Source: Leptogorgia sarmentosa
Taxonomy: Eukaryota
Assembly: GCA_964658305.1 (NCBI GenBank)
Contig: OZ210885.1
Location: forward strand, 20,088,001-20,152,000
Direction: 5' to 3'
Length of the DNA: 64,000 nt
The first letter of the stretch is position 1. Every line of letters starts with the position of its first letter. This document shows, piece by piece, positions 39,280-53,057 of the stretch. The notes below the pieces were generated by a model. The model made no database searches, was not told where the DNA came from, and worked only from the letters and a program-made list of their open reading frames with translations. The translations under genes were made by a program, and so were the position numbers.

Positions 39280-39500
39280 CATATCATCATTTTTGATCAG
39301 TTTGGACTTTGCCATTATATATAGACATCCTTTTCCAGCAAGTGAAGCAACCTCCTGGCCATTCCATGTGAATGACGTTGACACATTGGGTGTCTTAGTC
39401 ACTTTGTCCCAGGAACCAGAGACAAATATTCATATTGCAATAATGCGTCTTTTTCTAGAGCAAATTGTCCCCCAAAATCTCTGCTGCAACCTTTAATGTA
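39280..39500 (-). pseudogene. Coding remnant resembling the N-terminal region of TE-associated HECT-like cargo proteins
   Basis: YEYLSLVPGTK/..PNVSTSFTWNGQEVASLAGKGCLYIMAK; assignment from recall of motif only. Confidence 0.3.
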
Positions 39501-41150
39501 ATCAACATCAGACAGAAAATATAATTTTCCACTGACTGGGTTACAAAGAAAGCGGAACATGTTTTCTCACACGCTTCTGGGTCCTGAGCAAATTAGGGTG
39601 TTGCTGAGTAGGGCATTATAGGTAAAAGCACATTTTTGGTGTTGCTCTGCAAAGCATGACAAAAGTGCCCAACCACCCAGCCCCTTATCTATACAAGGAA
39701 AAAATAATAGAGGGAATATGTATGAATATAGACATTGTTTATCTGGAGCTGTCAGTAATGAAACGTAATAGTATATGTTAGGCCGTGGGATGAGTGGGCA
39801 AAAGATGCTTAGAACCTGAATTCCGTTGCACCTCTTGTGGAACTACATAATTTTCACATGAATGAATAGATAAAAACTTTATCAGAAGCCGTTGCTCCCC
39901 AAACAAAACAGGTGCACAATTGAGAGAAAAATGCTCCCAAAGTTTGCTAATTCTGTGCTTTGAAATATTCAAACCGCCATTGTTTTGGTAGCAAATACGC
40001 ATGCGCGCGTCTGCTAAATTTGCACTGCGCAGGCGCACAAGAAACATGGGTTTCCCCTGTGGATTTTCCCTTGGTTTTTTCCACTGAGCTGTTAGATTAT
40101 CTTAGTACACTGCTGCAGTGGTTTTCCCTGATTTTAACATTAATTTCTACTTATTAATATAAAATCCTAATTGGAATGGTTTTAACTCCCTATTAATGAG
40201 CTTAAAATGAGAAAGCAGAGAATTTCTATTCTTGAATTGCGCATTAATTGAATTTGTTCCACTGAAGAATGCAGCAATAGCGCTTGAATTCAAAGGGTAG
40301 CCTTTTTTATGTAGACCCACTGTACATGTACAAAATCAAGGAAATATTCAATAATTGTTCAAATGCTTTTACGTTTCCTGGAAAACCAAACTTTTTCTAC
40401 CAAACTCAGAAACATTTGAAAAAACACCGTATCTTGACTTTCTCCACCTGCCAACGGTGGTAATTCTACATGTGCTATACTGAATCATTGATAATATATG
40501 ACAAGCTAGTGTCTTTGTGAATAACGTTTTCAAGTTTCTATCGGAATTTAAAAGGGTATTCATATAATAGAAAAAAATCTCAGAAAGTTTTTCAATGATT
40601 TTTGGACAACTAGGCAAAATACGTTTGGCTCTTCTTAAATCATGCCTTCAATGTATCACCTAAATACACTGGATCTCATATGGATATTGATCATGGCTTG
40701 GGACAAATCTTTCCATTTGTTTCAGTCATTTCATCCAACCATGTGTTCCAAATGACGTATTTATGCTGTAGCAGTGATGTGAACAACCTTTTACTCTTCC
40801 CAGCCACAAATTCATTATAACAAATTAAATTAAAATAAGTATAAATTAATGCATAACTTCATCATTATTAATTTACTATTTAAACATTGCTTTAGAACGG
40901 ATTTTTGTCAGTGCAGTAAGATTCTACTTGTTAGTTAGAGGCCTACGCTCAAATCCTTTTTTTTTTTATTTCATAATACCATACACTGGTTTTTTGTGCT
41001 GAAGTTACTTGTCTTTATACCTTTATACCTTGCGTTTTACCTTCCACGATGACTGCTAAACCTGCCCATGACAGGAGATCTAGATATACATGTAAATATA
41101 GATAATGCGAATCCAATTGATAAAGTATAATTATACTGTTCTTGTTTCTA

Positions 41151-41722
41151 CAGGGTGTATCAAAAAAAAGTTTACTGATGAAAAACATTCTCTAAACTAA
41201 CAAGCACTCAAAATTTCCAAAAACCTTTGGTTAACATGGGTAGTTTAACACCCTCTGGTATATCTAGCACTAAGTTTATTTTAAAAACAAGCTTTTTTAG
41301 AATGGCAAATGTGGTTACTGAAAGGCCCATTAAAGTTCTTTCCTGCGTGATTACTGATTAATTTATGCATAATAGCTTATTTGCATTAATTACCAATGCA
41401 AATTGAAGCTAATTCCCAAAGGTCCGAAATTACGCGAAGAAATTGCGGAAAATCCAGTATTCGGGCATCGTACGTTCGTCTCAGCGTGCACCAAATTTCT
41501 CAAAACTTGAACAGCTTGTATATCATACTCAATTTAAAGAAAACTTATTTTTTCAGTAACCACATTTGCCATTCTAAAAAAGCTTGTTTTTAAAATAAAC
41601 TTAGTGCTAGATATACCAGATGGTATTAAACTACCCATGCTAACCTAAGGTTTTTGGAAATTTTGAGCGCTCGTTAGTTTAGAGAATGTTTTTCATCAGT
41701 AAACTTTTTTTGATACACCCTG
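41151..41722. mobile_element. Tc1/mariner-type MITE (572 bp)
   Basis: About 170-bp TIRs CAGGGTGTATCAAAAAAAAGTTTACTGATG..; TA on both sides. Confidence 0.93.
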
Positions 41723-41791
41723 TATTATGCATACTTGGAAGATTTGGTCTGGACTGGCCAGGCTTTTAGGTGTGTTAGTGTGAAGGGTGCT

Positions 41792-42332
41792 CAGTGGCAT
41801 AACACCACCCCTGGGGGCCAACCGTTATTCAGCCACTTGTCCCCCCCCCCCCTTTGCTCCACTAAAAATACTAAAATAGGCGGCTCGATTTACAACTTAT
41901 GTCTACACACAGTTGCAATCTCCACTTACATATTAATAACTACAGAATAACAGAATAAGGTCTATTATGCTTCAGAAGAAGCCTGAACACAAATAATATT
42001 TGCATTTTATTGGAAATATTACTAAAATCCCCATCCGTACAAACTTCGTCAATTCGGACTGTGAAAATCCTATGCAAAGTTCGGTTTCGCGCATTTTTGC
42101 ACGTTTTTGCTTGACTTGCAATCCCGTAGCATGCCAGCATGGTTTTTCGTAAAATTATAACATAATAACAATAATGAGCAACTCAGCAACAGCTAGCTTC
42201 CAATCTGCCTGTTTTTCGTAATTGAATTCCTTAGAATTGTGCTGTCAATTTTTTTATAGTAATTTTTGTCGGGGGCACCTAATGTTGGGGGCTCCGTCAC
42301 TTGACACCCTGACACCCCTCCTTACGCCACTG
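41792..42332. mobile_element. hAT-type non-autonomous element (541 bp)
   Basis: CAGTGGCATAA / TTACGCCACTG termini; perfect 8-bp TSD AGGGTGCT (41784-41791, 42333-42340). Confidence 0.9.
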
Positions 42333-43513
42333 AGGGTGCTCAAGTCTCAGGTTGGATTCTTGCTCAGCACTCCAGATACCAACTTAATTATGTAATAGTT
42401 CAAATATATACAGAAATATAAATTTTCCAGACATAATGTATATTTTCAATACATAATGTATTTTGGGTTTGAGCTTAGGCCCTTGGATGCAACAAGAGGG
42501 ATTTTTTGCAGTAATGACTATTTTTAATTATCCATCATACCAGATTTCTAGTTGGTGCCTGCACCTTCTTTTACAGTTAAAGGTCCTTCACTGATGCGAG
42601 CCGGCTGTGGCCTAGCGTTGCCATTAATTTGTTTTCAAGAAAATTTGTAAAAAACTAAATAAAAGTATTTTAAATTGAAAAAAAATTAAACAAAACTAGT
42701 TTAAAATGAAATGAAAAAAAAAACACTACAATAATAATGAATGTAAAATAAAATTTTAGAGAGCCTGACATTTCCACAGTATACCATAATATTTATACAT
42801 TTTTATTGTGTTACTTGAAGTATAACGCCTGAAACCAAACATGTGAAATAATAATGATTGGGAAAGTGACAAAGATTTAAAAGACGATTCAGAAAAATAT
42901 GTTCACCAAGGTCTTAGAGTTATTAGATTTTGTTGAAAGAGATTATTCGCAGTATGGATGGACCCTTCAATTGGTCAACCGTAAACTGAGGCATTTTGAC
43001 ATTTATTATATGGACAACAATGTTACAGCTGATCAAATGATTGATGCTGTTGAAAAGGTCAGTGGTCCAGGCAAATTGCTCAGCTATATATGTGCTCATG
43101 ATTTAGTCCATGCTGTAATGCAAGAGGTTGATCCTGAGGGCTTGGAAGAAAGATGTGTTGGCCCTGGAAAAAGAAAAGGAAGGGGACATATTTAAAGTGC
43201 ATATGACATTTCCACCATTTCTTCACCAAAAATCCGCAAAAATCGTGCGATTTGAATGATATATCTCTCACTGCAAACGGACCAATATTTTCAGAGATAT
43301 TTTGAGTCAAAGTGGGTAAAAAACAGTATTTTTCAAAACACGGTCGGGAGAAAAATACCTGGATACGAATTAGGAGTTGTGATGTCATACGGGAACGGAA
43401 GTAAATTGATTGTTGTGTTGTGCATGTGCATACCACGGTAGTTTGCGAACGTGTTGGTCGGAACGAGAGATATATAAAAGAGACATAAAGTTTAAGCCCG
43501 CTATTTATTCAGA

Positions 43514-44544
43514 ATGTCAACTTCTGAATCCATAATCGAAAGCCATTCATCATCCGATACTTCTGAACTAGAAGCTAGCGAAATTTCGGATTACGAACTG
43601 GAATTAGAGGAGTTTGAGTCGCTTTCTGATCGAGAAAGTCAAAGTGAAGCTGGCCAAGTGTCGAGTAGCATTTTAATGCCAGCACCATACGATGATGAAC
43701 CACTTGCAGACGAAGAATGGACAGATGAATACCAAGAAAGAAAGGAAAAAGAAAGCACATTCATTCAAGCGTTTCAAGATCGACTGGACAGCCAAATCCC
43801 CATCGAAGATTGGTGAGTATAAGAGTTTATTTTTGTATTCAACCTGAGGCTGAACCTGTGAATTTCAATTCAAGCATACTTCAATGTTACTTTTTTCGAT
43901 TATTTTTCAGGTGTAAATGCAACAATTGTGGATTAGATTTAGTCGAAAATGTGTATGAACTTCAATGCTGTCAAGAAATTGAGAGGTGCGTTCAGTCGTT
44001 GAATTCTGCTGAAGTTTTGGAGGATGTTGAAATACCGCCTCCCTGCATTCTAAACCACCCTGGATTCTACCCAAATTGTTTGGAGAAATGGACACTGCGA
44101 TTGGCAGCATCAAATTATAAGAGAAGAGATCATCGAAAGTATAGTCGAAGTGGAAACGAGAATGCGTAAGTACATATTATAGGGTTAAATAAATAAATGC
44201 ACTCCAGTCAAGAAGTATAAAGTCAGGAAAATAATACTACATTCATAATGTAGCCAAGACAGCTAAGGCAAGGAGTGACACGTATTAACCTTTTAAACTT
44301 TTTACCTTCAAATTTGTTTATATCACTTGTGCATTGTGCAAGAATTAAAATACTAGTTTTTATTTTTATTCTATTTAGATTCTTGCGTTCAGTGGCATAC
44401 AGACAATTTAGTCGTCTTGTATATGGAAAATTGGGAAAATTAAGGATACCACTACCTTCATGTGTGTACCATGCAATAAGAAAACAATTTAAAAGTGGAG
44501 AAACATTTACTGGTTTTGAAGAGAACTCATCTGACTCAGAGTAA
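43514..44544 (+). CDS. Kolobok accessory protein, P2X7 cytoplasmic (ballast)-like Cys-rich domain; exons 43514-43812, 43911-44165, 44379-44544
   Basis: WCKCNNC, CCQE, CILNHPGF, LRSVAYRQF, LGKLRIPLPSCVYHAIRKQF..FTGF; GT-AG junctions keep the frame. Confidence 0.9.
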
Positions 44545-44632
44545 TATAAATATAAATATGTCATGTATAATTATCCTAGTTAGTATTCTTATGTGTAGTG
44601 AAACCTAAATATATACAGTATATACAACATTT

Positions 44633-47600
44633 CTAGTTCCTTTTATTGCGTGGACAATCCAACACATTCTTGTGACCTTTCATAGGCTGGTGACATTCTT
44701 TGCAGCATGGTTTAGCTCTTTGGCCTTGTGTAATAACAGGTTCATCACAAGGAACTACAAAAAAATCAGTCGTCAAGATAGATGAAGTAAACTACAATCT
44801 AGCAGTAGGGCTCATAGAATATTTGGTGAGTGAACCTGCTGTTGGTGGCACATCTTTTGTAACCATCATCTTTCGCTCCTCTCGCTTTTTGACTGCTTCA
44901 TCTCTGGACTGCTTAATCAGCATTGTGTTCATCGGTTTGGGTGTCATATCCTTTATATCCTTTCTTTCTTTTTGCAAAAGTTGTTCATCAGTTAGTGTGG
45001 TGAACATTGCTTCCCATACCTCTTGAACATAACCTTGAAAGGATATTAATAAAGAATATTTTAACAAAAATACCTGGTATGTAATATAGGATAATACTCC
45101 ACCATTGGAGAATTTGTGGCACCACCCTAATAGCACTTTACCAAACAATACTGGTGACATACAAGATGTGATTGCACTTACTGAAGTCTGCCTGGACTTT
45201 CACATCTCTCACAGTAGCCTCCCCATTCTTAAACTTGGGGTATATTACTGCAATCTGTTCAGTACCATCAGAAATCTTTTTTCGTGTCTCCCGTTGGAGA
45301 TTACGGTTGAAATGCAAGATAGCAATGATGTGTCTAGTAAACAAAGTCAGCAATAATATCAGTCAGAATCATTTAACCAAAAATGAGTACAACAAATAAG
45401 CTATGTTGGAATATAGTGGGTACCAATTAATGCTAACCAAATCAGAAAAAATACCGAATATTTCTCAAAAAAAGTTTTGGATTTTTCTGAAAATTCAGTA
45501 CAGCATAGACTGTGAAGTGTAAACTAGCCAAAAGTAGAAATGTGGTGGACTGCCACATATGTTCAGTTTGCTGATGTTTTAGCAAATACCTTTCATTACA
45601 GTGAATGACTTATACTCTACCTAATAAACATTCCTGGGTATGAAAAGCCAATCATCTTTGGAGCGAAATGATTCAGCACGGAATGAAATCCTTCCAGGCA
45701 GCTTGTCTGCTGCAGGGGTGATGCCTGTTTGATTCCTTTCACTAGCCTTTCATTTAACAGTACTTTACGCACTTTTTCGTACACAACAGACTCTACATAA
45801 GTTTAAAAAATGCTTACTGTTTTAATTACGTGGTACACTAAAGTAAATGGAATTGGAAAAAAATAACATCAAAATGTTGCAGCATGAACATACTTTCATC
45901 AAGCCACTGTCTTTGTTCAATTTCTCCATGGATACACTTATTAAAAAGTGGGTTGTCCAAGTTTACATGCTTGTTCACAATGTGACTTAGAAAGGAACAA
46001 AACTTGGCTATAATAACTTTGCCATCGCCAGAGGATGTGGATATGGCACTCCAAGACAAGTGGTTTTCGCAGGCACGTATCCATGGGTTTATTTCTTGGC
46101 AATTGCTTTCTTTACCAATTTTTGTCAACACTTTACGAACTTCTATAAATGAACATTTCTCAGTAAGTGTTATGATATGATGCAATAAATTGACATTTTC
46201 ACAGTATCTGAACTTACTTTTTCTTAAATGCCACAGATCAAAATAGTGCTTCACACTCTTCTCATTTTCTCTCATATGCTTGGTAATCGAAGAATGGCGA
46301 TCTGTTACAAGGGAATCCAACTTTATCTGTTCCTGTTTTAAGCGAGCCATAGAGTGCTGAAATGCCAAATACTCCATGCCTTGGCTGCTTCCAGCTTCAT
46401 TTCTCTGTTAAAATACAAAACAGTATGGTAGTTTAGTAAGGAGACCATTATATACAGTTATATTAGTATGAAAAATTTTAATTCACACCTGAACGAGAGA
46501 GAAATGAATAATGTTTGGGGTGGTGCAATTGAAAAGCGTGTAGGCACAATACTTTGCACTGTGCCCCATGCTGTCATGCCTGCCGTCACCTGCCACCACA
46601 ACTTCATTTTTCTTAATTGTTTCTTTCATTAAGTTTTCTTGGTGTTTCTTCCAAAAATGGGAGATGCATGGAAATAATTTGTCCTATAATGGTGGTATAC
46701 ATTAATAATACAATTAGATTGTGGTAGTTGTTAATAAGTTAGCAGTTACCCTAAAACAATTGATGTACAATATTGCACAACAGACCACCTGTCTGCAGTT
46801 GATCCAACTGGGGAGCCACCTTAACAATCATAAGATAGTCGGGCAATGCCCCCACTGAAGAATTTACAGGAAATGAGCAGTTTTAATTTTTTATGAAAAC
46901 TGGTATTTTTAGCAGTGGATCCCCAACCACAAGGGGTACACATTAATATACCCAAGGCAAGCTGAAGTTGATTAAATGTGATTGTTACTCACTTTCTGGT
47001 GCCTGAAGAATTGCCTCAAGGAAAAACAAGCCACTCCCATATGAGACAACACTCTAAGAACTTTAGAGGCAGAAGCACCAGCCATTAATATCGCAAAGCT
47101 TAAAAGTAAGTTTCCTGCTCCAGTTCTCAACCCATCAATTTTGGGCTGGCTTTGCCAAACAAACTCTTTCTCTCTGCATCCTGGATTGCCACAGTGTACT
47201 TCAACAGTGACCATTGTGCCATTTTCATGTGTTTCCACCAAAACTTGATCACTTTTGCATGTTCGGCAAAACTGGAAAAGGAGCAGTAACTGCGATAGGA
47301 ACACAATATATTTTGGTTCACTGCGAATATCTTTCCGCTGTGGTCTACAAAAAAAAGTCAAAATAAATGTAACCATGAAGTCAATACATAATGTAGCAAA
47401 GGATAGAGAAGTAACCAGTTTTATGCAATTTCTTAAGACTTCGGTACAAACAATGAGTTATTAAAACAAGAGTTCTAATACATACTTGCTTGTATCAGTG
47501 CCTGATGATGAGCTTTCAGTTTCAGTGTCCAAACTTGCATCCGACGTGAGAAAATCTGAGGCAGGCTCTTCCACAATGTCATCAGAACTTGCAACTTGCA

Positions 47601-48690
47601 ACTTATCGTCAGTTGGGGCTTCTGCTTCTGAGAATCTAGTGTCACCTTCCTTAACAGCAGAACTTTGTTCTTTTGTATCGATTTCTTGAAAATAAAAATA
47701 CCCAATAAGTAAGGCCATAAAGAACATGATAAAATATGTCCTATTCATACTGTTTTGACACTTCCAGTATTGTCATCTAAATATAATTTTACAAAGGAAA
47801 ATGAAAGTTTACACACGTGATTTTAACTGTGCAACAGTAGCCTTTCTTTCAGACAACAATTGCTTGTTACTGATCAGCTTGTTTCGGAGGATACGGATTT
47901 CATTCTGATATTTCAGACATTGTTCACATTGGCGCGGAATAGTTTGTGTCAAGGCATCAATTCTCTGTTGTGGCTCTGTTCGCTTGTGCACAATCTTAAA
48001 ACGAAAGATTTTATACAGTAAACCCGGGACCACATGAAATCTCAAACTGAAATAATACATATTTATTATTTATTTCAATACACATATAAACATACAGGAT
48101 AGTCCAAAGATACCTCTTGCACTTCGCCTATTGTTTGTCCTGCCGAGGTTTCCTCTGCTTCAGAAAAGATCGCGCCTGAGATTTCACCGGGCATCCCATG
48201 TGCTGACGACGTCGACGGTTCCGAGTAAGAACATTCCCCCTTCATAACCTAAGGAATAATACCGTTATAGCACATTACAAGGTATTCAATATTAAACCTC
48301 ACCAGTCACAATAGCAATTTTTCTCACCTTGCGTCTTTTTGCCCTCGCGTCTCGGGCCGAAGGTTCTTTTTCTTCTACCAAGGTTTGGATCGATGGATAT
48401 ACACATATCCCAATATCATCCCTTTTAAGTCTTGGGAAAGTGCGTTCTTCTAGCCCAGGAAGATTTAGAATGCGCACAAAATCTTCAGGCTTGAAATGTT
48501 TTGAGCACACACGACTATCTTTCGTCGGCTCCCATCCCGCTCGCCTTCGTTTGACAAACGCAATCCAGCGTTGCCGTCTTCTCACTGCCTCAGACCTTGA
48601 ATCCCCATAATATGGAATGGGATGAAGCGCTATTTGATTTGCAGCATCTGGCGTGTTCGAACAGTCATAAACAGCACATCGAGAAGGCAT
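44633..48690 (-). CDS. Kolobok THAP-DDE transposase, multi-exon, apparently intact
   Basis: THAP (CAVYDC..W..VCSKHF..YPS), EPKYIVF, GDGRHDSMGHSAKY, VTDRH, FDLWH, TSCLEGFHS, LHFN, YPKFKNG, C-terminal CKECHQPMKGH..C. Confidence 0.9.
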
Positions 48691-49923
48691 TCTCCGGCAA
48701 TCTTCGCGCAGAATATCCAAATTTTATGGCAAATACAACACATGTATTGGAAATTCAATACTTGCTATTTACTTCCGTTCCCGTATGACATCACAACTCC
48801 TAATTCGTATCCAGGTATTTTTCTCCCGACCGTGTTTTGAAAAATACTGTTTTTTACCCACTTTGACTCAAAATATCTCTGGAAATATTGGTCCGTTTGC
48901 AGTGAGAGATATATCATTCAAATCGCACGATTTTTGCGGATTTTTGGTGAAGAAATGGTGGAAATGTCATATGCACTTTAACTAGGGGAACAAAAGATAA
49001 GATCATGGGTTATCAAAATAGCAAAATCTTTGATACTAGAAACATTCCCTCGTATCTTCGACTTGACAAAGCGACGGAGACAGTCACAATGGTCACAATT
49101 CATCCCTTTTTGCGCCACTACAGTTATGATGGAGACCCATGTGATACTATTCTGTATGGCCCATCCACTTCCAACCAGGTTAGTTGATCTAATTACATAT
49201 ATTACTGTAAGGTCTGTCAAGATTTCATAAGAAATCAGCCACATAACAAACTTTCAACATCTATATTATGGTTTCCAACATCTGTTTTCTATATACGTAT
49301 GTGTATCTGTTTTTTTCTGCTCCGTAACCTAAATAGAGCTTTCTGATTGGTTGCCGAGAGGTCCGTATCCTCGCATTCTCGTAGATTTAATAGAAATATA
49401 TTCAATGTTTTTGTTTTTTAAAATTGAATGGCCTCTTATTAAAACATAAAGTTCATGTATGATAAAGAACACATGAAGTTCACTTTACTATGCTAAGGGA
49501 TATTTTAGAGGGTATTTACAGCCACAAAAACAAGTCTCGTAAGTATCAACAAAACAAAACATTCTCGGCAAAATATTTCAGTGTTTAAAGCGTATGTTAA
49601 CCATGTTTGTATCGTGAAGCGACCGGGAAAATAAATAATTTAATAATAATAATAATTTAATAAGTCTACCTTTTTCATTGTAATTTTGAGTCGAAAAGCG
49701 TTAATATTAAAGAAAATGCATCAATATTGAAAGGTTTTGTCTCACATTGTCTTGGCTGTTTAGCAGCCATACTTGTGATAGAGTAGCAAAGTAAACAAAC
49801 AAACTGATCTCAAAATGTAGTTCGCAACACCTGATTTTTTGACGAATTTTATGATAAAAAAATCTATTATTTATGAATTAGGTCTGTCTGTACAGGAAAA
49901 TATTTTAAACATTTAAATCAACT

Positions 49924-50170
49924 TCAATTCAGAGAGCTGAGCTGCACTAATTTGCAGAACTCGTTACAAACATGTTGAAATACAAAGTTGTCGACAGATT
50001 CCCAGCACAACACCTCACAATCTTCAACTAATTCTGATGATGCAATCTCCAGATCATAAAGTTTTACCCCACAACCTTGTATATCTACAAGCATTAGCTT
50101 CTGGTTTGACTTTTCAAATGAGAAATGTGCTAAACATTCTGCCTTCATTCCATTTTCGGTATTCTCGTTA
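49924..50170 (-). pseudogene. Alpha-kinase (eEF2K/TRPM6-7 type) C-terminal fragment
   Basis: KAECLAHFSFEKSNQKLMLVDIQG..LYDLEIAS..F..HVCNEFC. Confidence 0.8.
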
Positions 50171-50173
50171 TCT

Positions 50174-50689
50174 GATAAATATATAGAGATCGGGCGTGAG
50201 CATGCAAGGGTTGATGGGCAGGCACGCCTGGCAGAATATGCAACAAACATGGCGGGCGACTTGTCCATATTCATAAATGCAAATGAGGAAATTGCTGTTC
50301 TTGATGAAATTGACAGGCCAGTCCATCGAGCGGTACGTTATTCCGAACAGTGTAATTTCTTCTTCCGAACTCTACGATACTATTGAAGCGAAATATTTAA
50401 ACAAATTGAAACAACGTAGTGTGTAAGCGAGATTTGTCAGAATCGTCATACTCGTACTGAATCGTCATACTCAGAATCGTAATGAAGCGATCTTTCCAAA
50501 TCATTCATATGTAAGTGCAACCGTTGCAAGATTTTTCAAAAATTATCACATTTTGAAGCTTTTCATATGCAGACCATTTTTTGCAAAGGTGGGACACAAA
50601 AATTTGCATATTCTGCCAGGCGCTTCACACGTCCGTCGCGCCTGCCCATCAACCCTTTCACGCTCGCGCCCGAACTCTATATATTTATC
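50174..50689. mobile_element. MITE with imperfect TIRs of about 70 bp
   Basis: GATAAATATATAGAGATCGGGCG..AAGGGTTGATGGGCAGGC..CGCCTGGCAGAATATGCAA mirrored at about 50605-50689; TSD ambiguous in TA-rich flanks. Confidence 0.75.
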
Positions 50690-51103
50690 TGGATTCTTGC
50701 TAATCTCCCTAAGCTAAGAAGCGCCTGGGTACAAGGCTGTCATTCCACTATGATTTAAACAAGGTAGGTGATGTATGCATTTATGTAAGTATCCGAATAC
50801 CTGTTTACATTTGTAATTTTTCTATATAAAATTACATTTGTAATATTTCCAGTAATATCTGATTAACAAAGGGCTGTTTGAATATGAAATAGCAATACAA
50901 TGCAATGAAAGTTTTAAACTTGAAAACTATACTAATTAATGCAATATATTACACCATAATAATTACAAACAGATAAAACTCTTACTAGGTTCCACCACTT
51001 ACTATATACAATAATTACATTTGGCTTGGTTGTTATGTGTTTGGTTGTCATGAAATTTGGTGAACCAAATGTTTCATATAGTTTTTTGTTTTGAGCTTCA
51101 ATG

Positions 51104-52708
51104 TTATCGTGTGTGTCCAGACTGAGCAGTTGTGGATTTAGTATTGGACTTACATCTTGCAATTGCTGTCGGCTGTACATGGATCCTTTTATTCGATCTG
51201 TGCAGTACTGGAAGCAATTTTCCATTTCGATCTTTACCAAAATGAGCATAAGCACTGGCCAGGCAACTTGCAGATGAGGGGCCATGTGATTTCATGACTA
51301 TTTTTCTGTATTGCTGGAGATATTTCATATAACATTGCCTGAAGCTAGTATCACCATTTCTTAATCGCATTTCAATGTCACCTGTTACTTGTTTATGAAG
51401 TTCGATTACTTTCTCAAGATTCAAATCTTTCGGCTCCTCAAAATCAGTTGTATCGGTAGAAGTAATACTGTCACTTATGTCTTTTATTTGGGTTGATGTT
51501 GTCTGCAGCTCGTCAGTTGATATGTCATCACAGGAAAGTTTGGACGATAATGAATACTCTGCCTTTTTCTCTAATTGTTTTTGATGTATGTCAACAAAAT
51601 TTTCAGTTTTAAGGTCTGGGTGCTCTCCTACAGCTGTTACAGCAAGATTGTATTTTGTATTTTTCTTGATGATTTTGTGGAACAAAATTTGGGTTTGATG
51701 CACCATACTTCAACACGACAGCTGCCTGGTGTGGACAAGCTGTACCATTATTCCCGGCAGAACATGCACAAATTCCTGTGGAGCAATCCACTGTGTAGAT
51801 GGTGTCTGGTTTTTTCTGCTAGGGACATGGTATAGAAAAGGGTTAACTCCATCTCGAACTATAGTCTCTACGTTGACTGTACAAGCTGATTTACCAAAGC
51901 AACGTGAGAGAATATGTAAGTTCTGTGCTTTTCCAAATGCAAGTGTCAAAAGTTTTCTTTCTCAAGATGTTTTTCTAAATAATCAGTTATAAATTTAAAT
52001 AATTTCAGTAGATTGTATGCTCTGAATATGTCCCCTTCCTTTTCTTTGAAAACAAAAATCAGTGATTCTGTGAAATTATCTGTGTTATTACTTCTTGTTT
52101 GCAAGTTTTTTCGGTGACAAAGAGACCACCGTACTCTCCTGTCATAGCAATTTTTAACATGTTCCAAGAAGTTAGGATATCCAGTGGTAATCTTGTCCAT
52201 TGTCAGTTTCACTTTCTGCAAAAACCATGTTTTGCATGTATGACATCAGGTGCTTTCTGTCATCCTTTTTTATTTCATGTTTGCTGTCCCATAACCACCT
52301 CCACATTGCCTGCAAGAAATGAAATATACAAAGCAATTACTTACTTTTGGGCCATTGGTTGTGCAGGGCACTTTTTTCAGCTGCATCATCATCTGTCATG
52401 AACAATTTTGGGCCAATATCTAGTCCTTTCACACCAAATGCATGTTGAGGTAAAATTGATTTCACCATAACTATGCTTTTACTATTAGTATCTCACGATC
52501 CATCAGACGAAACCCATACGGCTAAAGGTAGTGAGCCACAAGGATGATGGGTACAAAGAAAGAACACACGATTATTATATCGGTGTAAGCTTTGTGAACC
52601 ATCAAGCAATGCCATTTCCGATGCCTGGGAGAGACTATGGACACTTGACAAGAGTGGTGTTACAATTGTTAAAATTAGAGGTTTTTCATCCTTTCCACAT
52701 GTGTACTC
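51104..52708 (-). pseudogene. MULE/Mutator transposase with SWIM finger, C-terminal part
   Basis: HPCGSLPLAV, MTDDDAAE, LLCIFHFLQAMWRWLW, RSNNTDNFTES, SWIM CACSAGNNGTACPHQAAV. Confidence 0.85.
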
Positions 52709-53057
52709 TTGAATATAAAGCGGTTTTCATGTCAAAAAGATTATTTGCTTGGGAGTTTACATTATGTGCTAGAAACATAATATTTTGCATTCAAAACATA
52801 AAATTATGTCAATTTTGTAGATATTATGCCATAGCGATATTGTGTACACAACGAAATGAACGAATAAGATTAGCTGCACACCCGACGAGATTATGTCTGC
52901 ATTTCACATTATGTCAGCAACAACATCATGTTGACGAAACTATGATAAAATTATGTGTATAAAATTTATTATGAAATATTTGCAATAATTAAAATAACTT
53001 GGAAATCTGGCGGGATTGTTCGGAATAATTAGCCACGTGTTTTTTGCAAAGTGCAAT

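Larger units (their letters stand above)
43196..48977. mobile_element. Full-length Kolobok DNA transposon (5782 bp)
   Basis: 211-bp TIRs (43196-43406, 48767-48977) with one mismatch seen; TTAA TSD; AG..CT termini; two convergent spliced genes. Confidence 0.96.
42856..49187 (+). pseudogene. Decayed integrase-core (IS3EU-like) transposase, split by the Kolobok (pieces 42856-43191 and 48982-49187)
   Basis: GPGKLLSY, DLVHAVMQEVDPEGLEER, KIMGYQNS, PSYLRLDKATET, YGPSTSNQ. Confidence 0.68.

Noticed and set aside
43080..43441. ORFs mirrored at 48622-48985, and likewise 52531-52962 vs 59265-59700
   Set aside because: Artefacts of translating long TIRs
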